A DNA stretch of 43,499 nt, taken from Utricularia gibba (Eukaryota > Plantae > Magnoliophyta). Position numbers and translations under genes: made by a program. Position 1 is the first letter of the stretch. The number at the start of each line of letters is the position of its first letter. The notes below the pieces were generated by a model. That model saw only the letters and a program-made list of their open reading frames with translations. It had not been told where the DNA came from and ran no database searches. Of this stretch, positions 15,001 to 26,300 are shown piece by piece. The DNA is taken from the NCBI GenBank assembly GCA_002189035.1, contig NEEC01000177.1:1-43499 (forward strand), read 5' to 3'.

Positions 15001-17559
15001 TACTTGAGGAGGCGGTCTTGGGGGCACCTAGAACGGGACAAAGGTCAGGTTGGGTTAGGGCCGAAAGTTAGTTGTAGCCTGGCAACTAAAGCGATGCACT
15101 TATTAACGTTCGGTTTTCAGGGGCTTCCTACAAGGTTTTCAAGGAACAACTTCTCGTTTTGTGTCGGCCACTCTCACTGGGCACTTGGTCCGGCGCTGCG
15201 TTCGGTCCGGCTCATGAGCCCAACCGGGTGCGAGTCGACGAAAATAATGATGCATTTGTTTAAAGTAAGATGTCACGTGCACCCCACATGATTTTTTCAA
15301 CAACTTACTTTATACTTGAGGAGGCGGTCTTGGGGGCACCTAGAACGGGACAAAGTCAGGTTGGGTTAGGGCCGAAAGTTAGTTGTATGGCAACTAAAGC
15401 GATGCACTTATTAACGTTCGGTTTTCAGGGGCTTCCTACAAGGTTTTTCAAGGAACTTCGTTTTGTGTCGGCCACTCTCACTGGGCACTTGATGAGCTGC
15501 GAGTCGACGAAAATAATGATGCATTTGTTTAAAGTAAGATGTCACGTGCACCCCACATGATTTTTTCAACAACTTACTTTATACTTGAGGAGGCGGTCTT
15601 GGGGGGCAGAACGGGACAAAGGTCAGGTTGGGTTAGGGCGAAAGTTAGTTGTAGCCTGGCAACTAAAGCGATGCACTTATTAACGTTCGGTTTTCAGGGG
15701 CTTCCTACAAGGTTTTTCAAGGAACAACTTCTCGTTTTGTGTCGGCCACTCTCACTGGGCACTTGGTCCGGCGCTGCGTTCGGTCCGGCTCATGAGCCAA
15801 CCGGGTGCGAGTCGACGAAAATAATGATGCATTTGTTTAAAGTAAGATGTCACGTGTCACCCTTTTTTCAACAACTTACTTTATACTTGAGGAGGCGGTC
15901 TTGGGGGCACCTAGAAGGGACAAAGGTCAGGTTGGGTTAGGGCCGAAAGTTAGTTGTAGCCTGGCAACTAAAGCGATGCACTTATTAACGTTCGGTTTTC
16001 AGGGGCTTCCTACAAGGTTTTTCAAGGAACAACTTCTCGTTTTGTGTCGGCCACTCTCACTGGGCACTTGGTCCGGCGCTGCGTTCGGTCCGGCTCATGA
16101 GCCCAACCGGGTGCGAGTCGACGAAAATAATGATGCATTTGTTTAAAGTAAGATGTCACGTGCACCCCACATGATTTTTTCAACAACTTACTTTATACTT
16201 GAGGAGGCGGTCTTGGGGGCACCTAGAACGGGACAAAGGTCAGGTTGGGTTAGGGCCGAAAGTTAGTTGTAGCCTGGCAACTAAAGCGATGCACTTATTA
16301 ACGTTCGGTTTTCAGGGGCTTCCTACAAGGTTTTTCAAGGAACAACTTCTCGTTTTGTGTCGGCCACTCTCACTGGGCACTTGGTCCGGCGCTGCGTTCG
16401 GTCCGGCTCATGAGCCCAACCGGGTGCGAGTCGACGAAAATAATGATGCATTTGTTTAAAGTAAGATGTCACGTGCACCCACATGATTTTTTCAACAACT
16501 TACTTTATACTTGAGGAGGCGTCTTGGGGGCACCTAGAACGGGACAAAGGTCAGGTTGGGTTAGGGCCGAAAGTTAGTTGTAGCCTGGCAACTAAAGCGA
16601 TGCACTTATTAACGTTCGGTTTTCAGGGGCTTCCTACAAGGTTTTTCAAGGAACAACTTCTCGTTTTGTGTCGGCCACTCTCACTGGGCACTTGGTCCGG
16701 CGCTGCGTTCGGTCCGGCTCATGAGCCCAACCGGGTGCGAGTCGACGAAAATAATGATGCATTTGTTTAAAGTAAGATGTCACGTGCACCCCACATGATT
16801 TTTTCAACAACTTACTTTATACTTGAGGAGGCGGTCTTGGGGGGCACCTAGAACGGGACAAAGTCAGGTTGGGTTAGGGCGAAAGTTAGTTGTAGCCTGG
16901 CAACTAAAGCGATGCACTTATTAACGTTCGGTTTTCAGGGGCTTCCTACAAGGTTTTTCAAGGAACAACTTCTCGTTTTGTGTCGGCCACTCTCACTGGG
17001 CACTTGGTCCGGCGCTGCGTTCGGTCCGGCTCATGAGCCCAACCGGTGCGAGTCGACGAAAATAATGATGCATTTGTTTAAAGTAAGATGTCACGTGCAC
17101 CCCACATGATTTTTTCAACAACTTACTTTATACTTGAGGAGGCGTCTTGGGGGCACCTAGAACGGGACAAAGTCAGGTTGGGTTAGGGCCGAAAGTTAGT
17201 TGTAGCCTGGCAACTAAAGCGATGCACTTATTAACGTTCGGTTTTCAGGGCTTCCTACAAGGTTTTTCAAGGAACAACTTCTCGTTTTGTGTCGGCCACT
17301 CTCACTGGGCACTTGGTCCGGCGCTGCGTTCGGTCCGGCTCATGAGCCCAACCGGGTGCGAGTCGACGAAAATAATGATGCATTTGTTTAAAGTAAGATG
17401 TCACGTGCACCCCACATGATTTTTTTCAACAACTTACTTTATACTTGAGGAGGCGGTCTTGGGGGGCACCTAGAACGGGACAAAGGTCAGGTTGGGTTAG
17501 GGCCGAAAGTTAGTTGTAGCCTGGCAACTAAAGCGATGCACTTATTAACGTTCGGTTTT

Positions 17560-20500
17560 CAGGGCTTCCTACAAGGTTTTTCAAGGAACAACTTGTGTCG
17601 GCCACTCTCACTGGTTGGTCCGGCGCTGCGTTCGGTCCGGCTCATGAGCTGCGAGTCGACGAAAATAATGATGCATTTGTTTAAAGTAAGATGTCACGTG
17701 CACCCACATGAGAGGAGGCGGTCACCTAGAAGGGACAAAGGTCAGGCCGAAAGCTGGCAACTTGCACTTATTAACGTTCGGTTTTCAGGGCCTACAAGGT
17801 AAGGAACAAAGGGATGAGCTTCGACGCATTTGTTCACGTTTGAGCGACCTTTTGGGTTTTAAGCCTGGCAACTAAAGCGATGGTTCGGTTTTCAACAAGG
17901 TTAAGGAACAACTTCTCGTTTTGTGTCGGCCACTCTCACTGGCACTTGGTCACATTGCGAGTCGACGAAAATAATGATGCATTTGTTTAAAGTAAGATGT
18001 CACGTGCACCCCACATGGAGGAGGCGGTCTTGGGGGGCACCGGGACAAAGGTCAGGTCCGAAAGTTAGTTGTAGCCCTAAAGCGATGCACTTATTAACGT
18101 TCGGTTTTCAGGGGCTTCCTACAAGGTTTTTCAAGGAACAACTTCTCGTTTTGTGTCGGCCACTCTTTGGTCAAAGTCGACGAAAATAATGATGCATTTG
18201 TTTAAAGTAAGATGTCACTGGAGGAGGCGGTCTTGGGGGGCACCTAGAACGGGACAAAGGTCAGGTTGGGTTAGGGCCGAAAGTTAGTTAACTAAAGCGA
18301 TGCACTTATTAACGTTCGGTTTTCAGGGGCTTCCTACAAGGTTTTTCAAGTTCTCGTTTTGTGTCGGCCACTGGGCACTTGGTCCGGCGCTGCGTTCGGT
18401 CCGGCTCATTGCGAGTCGACGAAAATAATGATGCATTTGTTTAAGTAAGATGTCACGTGTGATGAGGAGGCGGTCTTGGGGGCACCTAGAACGGGACAAA
18501 GGTCAGGTTGGGTTAGGGCCGAAAGTTAGTTGTAGCCTGGCAACTAAAGCGATGCACTTATTAACGTTCGGTTTTCAGGGGCTTCCTACAAGGTTTTTCA
18601 AGGAACAACTTCTCGTTTTGTGTCGGCCACTCTCACTGGGCACTTGGTTGCGTTCGGTCCGGCTCATGAGCCCAACGGGTGCGAGTCGACGAAAATAATG
18701 ATGCATTTGTTTTAAAGTAAGATGTCACGTGCACCCACATGATTTTTCAACAACTTACTTTATACTTGAGGAGGCGGTCTTGGGGGCACCTAGAACGGGA
18801 CAAAGGTCAGGTTGGGTTAGGGCCGAAAGTTAGTTGTAGCCTGGCAACTAAAGCGATGCACTTATTAACGTTCGGTTTTCAGGGGCTTCCTACAAGGTTT
18901 TTCAAGGGTTTTGTGTCGGCCACTCTCTTGGTCCGGCGCTGCGTTCGGTCCGGCTCATGAGCCAACCGGTGCGAGTCGACGAAAATTGCATTTTTTAAAG
19001 TAAGATGTCACGTGCTGATTTTTCAACAACTTACTTTATACTTGAGGAGGCGGTCTTGGGGGGGCACCTAGAACGGGACAAAGGTCAGGTTGGGTTAGGG
19101 CCGAAAGTTAGTTGTAGCCTGGCAACTAAAGCGATGCACTTATTAACGTTCGGTTTTCAGGGGCTTCCTACAAGGTTTTTCAAGGAAAACTTCTACGGGC
19201 ACTTGGTCCGGCGCTGCGTTCGGGCTCATGAGCCAAGTCGACGAAAATAATGATGCATTTGTTTAAAGTAAGATGTCACGTGCACCCCACATGATTTTTC
19301 AACAACTTACTTTATACTTGAGGAGGAACGGGACAAAGGTCAGGTTGGGTTAGGGCCGAAAGTTAGTTGTAGCCTGGCAACTAAAGCGATGCACTTATTA
19401 ACAGGGGCTGGTTTTTCAAGGAACAACTAACATGAGCCCAACCGGGTGCGAGTCGACGAAAATAATGATGCATTTGTTTAAAGTAAGATGTCACGTGCAC
19501 CCCATGATTAACAACTTACTTTATACTTGAGGAGGCGGTTGGGGGCACCTAGAACGGGACAAAGGTCAGGTTGGGTTAGGGCCGAACCTGGCAACTAAAG
19601 CGATGCTTATTAACGTTCGGTTTTCAGGGGCTTCCTACAAGGTTTTTCAAGGAACAACTTCTCGTTTTGTGTCGGCCACTCTCACTGGGCACTTGGTCCG
19701 GCGCTGCGTTCGGTTCATGAGCCCAACCGGGTGCGAGTCGACGAAAATAATGATTTTGTTTAAAGTAAGATGTCACGTGCACCCACATGATTTTTTCAAC
19801 AACTTACTTTATACTTGAGGAGGCGGTCTTGGGGGGCACCTAGAACGGGACAAAGGTCAGGTTGGGTTAGGGCCGAAAGTTAGTTGTAGCCTGGCAACTA
19901 AAGCGATGCACTTATTAACGTTCGGTTTTCAGGGCTTCCTACAAGGTTTTTCAAGGAACAACTTCTCGTTTTGTGTCGGCCACTCTCACTGGGCACTTGG
20001 TCCGGCGCTGCGTTCGGTCCGGCTCATGAGCCCAACCGGGTGCGAGTCGACGAAAATAATGATGCATTTGTTTAAAGTAAGATGTCACGTGCAGGATTTT
20101 TTCAACAATTACTTTATACTTGAGGAGGCGGTCTTGGGGGGCACCTAGAACGGGACAAAGGTCAGGTTGGGTTAGGGCCGAAAGTTAGTTGTAGCCTGGC
20201 AACTAAAGCGATGCACTTATTAACGTTCGGTTTTCAGGGGCTTCCTACAAGGTTTTTCAAGGAACAACTTCTCGTTTTGTGTCGGCCACTCTCACTGGAT
20301 GAGCCCAAGTCGACGAAAATAATGATGCATTTGTTTAAAGTAAGATGTCACGTGCACCCCACATGATTTTTTCAACAACTTACTTTATACTTGAGGAGGC
20401 GGTCTTGGGGGGCACCTAGAACGGGACAAAGGTCAGGTTGGTTAGGGCCGAAAGTTAGTTGTAGCCTGGCAACTAAAGCGATGCACTTATTAACGTTCGG

Positions 20501-23500
20501 TTTTCAGGGGCTTCCTACAAGGTTTTTCAAGGAACAACTTCTCGTTTTGTGTCGGCCACTCTCACTGGGCACTTGGTCCGGCGCTGCGTTCGGTCCGGCT
20601 CATGAGCCCAACCGGGTGCGAGTCGACGAAAATAATGATGCATTTGTTTAAAGTAAGATGTCACGTGCACCACATGATTTTTTCAACAACTTACTTTATA
20701 CTTGAGGAGGCGGTCTTGGGGGGCACTAGAACGGGACAAAGGTCAGGTTGGGTTAGGGCCGAAAGTTAGTTGTAGCCTGGCAACTAAAGCGATGCACTTA
20801 TTAACGTTCGGTTTTCAGGGGCTTCCTACAAGGTTTTTCATTCTCGTTTTGACTCTCACTGGGCACTTGGTCCGCGCTGGTTCGGTCCGGCTCATGAGGG
20901 GTGCGAGTCGACGAAAATAATGATGCATTTGTTTAAAGTAAGATGTCACGTGCACCCCACATGATTTTCACAACTTACTTTATACTTGAGGAGGCGGTCT
21001 TGGGGGGCACCTAGAACGGGACAAAGGTCAGGTTGGGTTAGGGCCGAAGTTAGTTGTAGCCTGGCAGCGATGCACTTATTAACGTTCGGTTTTCAGGGGC
21101 TTCCTACAAGGTTTTTCAAGGAACAACTTCTCGTTTTGTGTCTCTTTGGTCCGGCAAAGTCGACGAGATGCATTCACGTGTGCATTACTTTATACTTGAG
21201 GAGGCGGTTCAGGTTGGGTTAGGGCCGAAAGTTAGTTGTAGCAACTTGCACTTATTAACGTTCGGTTTTCAGGGGGTTTTTAAGGAACAACTTCTCGTTT
21301 GTGTCGGCGGTTGGTCTGCGTTCGGTCCGGCTCAAATAATGATGCATTTGTTTAAAGTAAGTCACGTTGGTTCAGGTTGGGTTAGGGCCTTAGTCAACTA
21401 AAGCCGTTCATGCCAACTTCTCGTTACTCTCACTGGAATGAGCCCAACCGACGAAAATAATGATGCATTTGCGTGCACTGATTTTTTCAAGAGGAGGCGA
21501 CCTTCAGGTTGGGGGCCGAAAGTTAGTTGTAGCCTGGCAGCGATTTAGTTCGGTTTTCAGGGGCTTGGTCAAACTCTCACTGGGCAGGTCATGATGCGAG
21601 TCGACGAAAATAATGATGCATTTGTTTAAAGTAAGATGTCACGTGCACCCCACATGATTTTTCAACAACTTACTTTATACTTGAGGAGGCGGTCTTGGGG
21701 GCACCTAGAAGGGACAAAGGTCAGGTTGGTTAGGGCCGAAAGTTAGTTGTAGCCTGGCAACTAAAGCGATGCACTTGTTCGGTTTTAGGGGCTCCTACAA
21801 GGTTTTTCAAGGAACAACTTCTCGTTTTGTGTCGGCCACTCTCACTGGGCAATGAGCCCAACAGTCGACCACGTTGATGAGGAGGCGGTCTTTCAGGTTC
21901 GAAAGTTAGTTGTAGCAACTAAAGCGATGCACTTGTTCGGTTTTCAACACAAGGTTCTCGTTTTGTGTCGGCCAACCACTTACGCGAGTTAATGATGCCA
22001 CGTGCACCGATTTTTTCTTACTTTATACTTGAGGACCTAGTCAGCCGAAAGTTAGTTGTAGCCTTGCATTATTAACGTTCGGTTTTCAGGGCTTCCTACA
22101 AGGTTTTCAAGGAACAACTTCTCGTTACTCTCACTGGCAATGAGCAAAGTCGACCCACGTTGATTTTTAACAACTTACTTTATACCGACCTAGAACTCAG
22201 GTTGGGTTAAAAGTTAGCCTGGCACTAAATGCACTTATTAACGTTCGGTTTTCAGGGGCTTCCTACAAGGTTTTTCAAGGAACAACTTCTCGTTTTGTGT
22301 CGGGGCAAAAATGAGCTTCGACGAAAGATGCATTTGTTTAAAGTAAGATGTCCACCCCACATGATTTTTCAACAACTTACTTTATACTTGAGGAGGCGGT
22401 CTTGGGGGGCACCTTCAGGTTGGGTTAAAAGTTAGTTGTAGCCTGGCAACTAAAGCGATGCACTTATTAACGTTCGGTTTTCAGGGTTCCTACAAGGTTT
22501 TTCAAGGAACAACTTCTCGTTTTGTGTCGGCCACTCTCAGGCGGTCCGGCGCTGCGTTCGGTCCGGCTCATGAACCGGTGCGAGTCGACGAAAATAATGA
22601 TGCATTTGTTTAAAGTAAGATGTCGTGCACCCCACATGATTTTTTCAACAACTTACTTTATACTTGAGGAGGCGGTCTTTCAGGTTGGGTTAGGGCCGAA
22701 AGTTAGTTGTAGCCTGGCAACTAAAGCGATGCACTTATTAACGTTCGGTTTTCAGGGCTTCCTACAAGAAGGAACAACTTCTCGTTTGTGTCGGCCAACT
22801 GGGCGGTCCGGCTGCGTTCGGTCCGGCTCATGAGCCCAAGTCGACGAAAATAATGATGCATTTGTTTAAAGTAAGATGTCACGTGCACCACATGATTTTT
22901 TCAACAACTTACTTTATACTTGAGGAGGCGGTCTTGGGGGCCTAGAACGGCAAAGGTCAGGTTGGGTTAGGGCGAAAGTTAGTTGTAGCTGGCAACTAAA
23001 GCGATGCACTATTAACGTTCGGTTTTCAGGGGCTTCCTACAAGGTTTTCAAGGAACAACTTCTCCGGCCACTCTCACTGGGCACTTGGTCATGAGCCAAC
23101 CGGGTGCGAGTCGACGAAAATAATGATGCATTTTAAAGTAAGATGTCACGTGCACCCCACATGATTTTTTCAACAACTTACTTTATACTTCTTGGGGGGC
23201 ACTAGAACGGGACAAAGGTCAGGTTGGGTTAGGGCCGAAAGTTAGTTGTAGCCTGGCAACTAAAGCGATGCACTTATTAACGTTCGGTTTTCAGGGGCTT
23301 CCTACAAGGTTTTTCAAGGAACAACTTCTCGTTTTGTGTCGCCACTCTCACTGGGCACTTGGTCCGGCGCTGCGTTCGGTCCGGCTCATGAGCCCAACCG
23401 GGTGCGAGTCGACGAAAATAATGATGCATTTGTTTAAAGTAAGATGTCACGTGCACCCCACATGATTTTTTCAACAACTTACTTTATACTTGAGGAGGCG

Positions 23501-26300
23501 GTCTTGGGGGCACCTAGAACGGGACAAAGGTCAGGTTGGGTTAGGGCCGAAAGTTAGTTGTAGCCTGGCAACTAAAGCGATGCACTTATTAACGTTCGGT
23601 TTTCAGGGGCTTCCTACAAGGTTTTTCAAGGAACAACTTCTCGTTTTGTGTCGGCCACTCTCACTGGGCACTTGGTCCGGCGCTGCGTTCGGTCCGGCTC
23701 ATGAGCCCAACCGGGTGCGAGTCGACGAAAATAATGATGCATTTGTTTAAAGTAAGATGTCACGTGCACCCCACATGATTTTTTCAACAACTTACTTTAT
23801 ACTTGAGGACGTCTTGGGGGGCACCTAGAACGGACAAAGGTCAAGGGCCGAAAGTTAGTTGTAGCCTGGCAACTAAAGCGATGCACTTATTAACGTTCGG
23901 TTTTCAGGGGCTTCCTACAAGGTTTTTCAAGGAACAACTTCTCGTTTTGTGTCGGCCAACTGGGCACTTGGTCTGCGTTCGGTCCGGCTCATGAGCCAAC
24001 CGGGTGCGAGTCGACGAAAATAATGATGCATTTGTTTAAAGTAAGATGTCACGTGCACCCCACATGATTTTTCAACAACTTACTTTATACTTGAGGAGGC
24101 GGTCTTTCAGGTTGGGTTAGGGCCGAAAGTTAGTTGTAGCCTGGCAACTAAAGCGATGCACTTATTACGTTCGGTTTTCAGGGCTTCCTACAAGGTTTTT
24201 CAAGGAACAACTTCTCGTTTTGTGTCGGCCACTCTTTGGTCCGGCGCTGCGTTCGGTCCGGCTCATGAGCCCAACCGGTGCGACGACGAAATAATGATGC
24301 ATTTGTTTAAGTAAGATGTCACGTGCACCCCACATGATTTTTTCAACAACTTACTTTATACTTGAGGAGACTAGAACGGGACAAAGGTCAGGTTGGGTTA
24401 GGGCCGAAAGTTAGTTGTAGCCTGGCAACTAAAGCGATGCAGTTCGGTTTTCAGGGGCTTCCTACAAGGTTTTTCAAGTTGTTTGTGTCGGCCACTCTCA
24501 CTGGGCACTTGGTCCGGCGCTGCGTTCGGTCCGGCTCATGAGCCCAACCGGGTGCGAGTCGACGAAAATAATGATGCATTTGTTTAAAGTAAGATGTCAC
24601 GTGCACCCCATGATTTTTTCAACAACTTACTTTATACTTGAGGAGGCGGGGGGCACCTAGAAGGGACATCAGGTTGGGTTAGGGCCGAAAGTTAGTTGTA
24701 GCCTGCAACTAGATGCACTTATTAACGTTCCAGGGGCTGGTTTTCAAGGAACAACTTCTCGTTTCCACTCTCACTGGGCAATGTACGACGAAAATAATGA
24801 TGCATTTGTTTAAGATGTCACGTGCACACATGATTTTTTCAACAACTTACTTTATACTTGAGGAACCTAGAAGGGACAAAGGTCAGGTTGGTTTATTAGT
24901 TGTAGCCTGGCAACTAAAGCGATGCACTTATTACGTTCGGTTTTCAGGGCTTCCTACAAGGTTGGAACAACTTCTCGTTTTGTGTACTCTCACTGGGCAC
25001 TTGGTCCGGCGCTGCGTTCGGTCCGGCTCATGAGCCCAAGTCGACGAAAATAATGATGCATTTGTTTAAAGTAAGATGTCACGTGCACCCTGATTTTTTC
25101 AACAACTTACTTTATACTTGAGGAGCGGTCTTGGGGCACCTAGAACGTCAGGTTGGGTTAGGGCCGAAAGTTAGTTGTAGCCTGGCAACTAAAATGCACT
25201 TATTAACGTTCGGTTTTCAGGGGCTTCCTACAAGGTTTTTCAAGGAACTTCTCGTTTGTGTCGGCCAACTGGGCACTGGTCCGGATGCCAGGGTGCGAGT
25301 CGACGAAAATAATGATGCATTTGTTTAAAGTAAGATGTCACGTGCACCCCACATGATTTTTTCAACAACTTACTTTATACTTGAGGAGGCGTCTTGGGGG
25401 CACCTAGAACGGGACAAAGGTCAGGTTGGGTTAGGCCGAAGTTGTAGCCTGGCAACTAAAGCGATGCACTTATTAACGTTCGTTTTCAGGGGCTTCCTAC
25501 AAGGTTTTTCAAGGAACAACTTCTCGTTTTGTGTCGGCCACTCTCACTGGGCACTTGGTCCGGCGCTGCGTTCGGTCCGGCTCATGAGCCCAACCGGGTG
25601 CGAGTCGACGAAAATAATGATGCATTTGTTTAAAGTAAGATGTCACGTGCACCCACATGATTTTTTCAACAACTTACTTTATACTTGATCTTGGGGGCAC
25701 CTAGAACGGACAAGGTCAGGTTGGGTTAGGCCGAAGTTAGTTGTAGCCTGGCACTAAAGCGATGCACTTATTAACGTTCGGTTTTCAGGGGCTTCCTACA
25801 AGGTTTTTCAAGGAACAACTTCTCGTTTTGTGTCGGCCACTCTCACTGGGCACTTGGTCCGGCGCTGCGTTCGGTCCGGCTCATGAGCCCAACCGGGTGC
25901 GAGTCGACGAAAATAATGATGCATTTGTTTAAAGTAAGATGTCACGTGCACCCCACATGATTTTTTCAACAACTTACTTTATACTTGAGGAGGCGGTCTT
26001 GGGGGCACCTATCAGGTTGGGTTAGGGCCGAAGTTAGTTGTAGCCTGGCAACTAAAGCGATGCACTTATTAACGTTCGGTTTTCAGGGGCTTCCACAAGT
26101 TTTCAAGGATTCTCGTTTTCGGGCACTTGGTCCGGCGCTGCGTTCGGTCCGGCTCATGAGCCCAACCGGGTGCGAGTCGACGAAAATAATGATGCATTTG
26201 TTTAAAGTAAGATGTCACGTGCACCCCACATGATTTTTTCAACAACTTACTTTATACTTGAGGAGGCGGTCTTGGGGGCATAGAACGGGACAAAGGTCAG
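17560..26300. other. Deletion-riddled segment of the array (degenerate copies or low-quality consensus)
   Basis: Copies here lack multi-base blocks, and some shrink to about 120-170 bp (repeat anchors near 17656, 17820 and 17960, and near 21864 and 21984). The retained fragments stay in the correct order and match the consensus, with almost no novel sequence. Confidence 0.9.
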
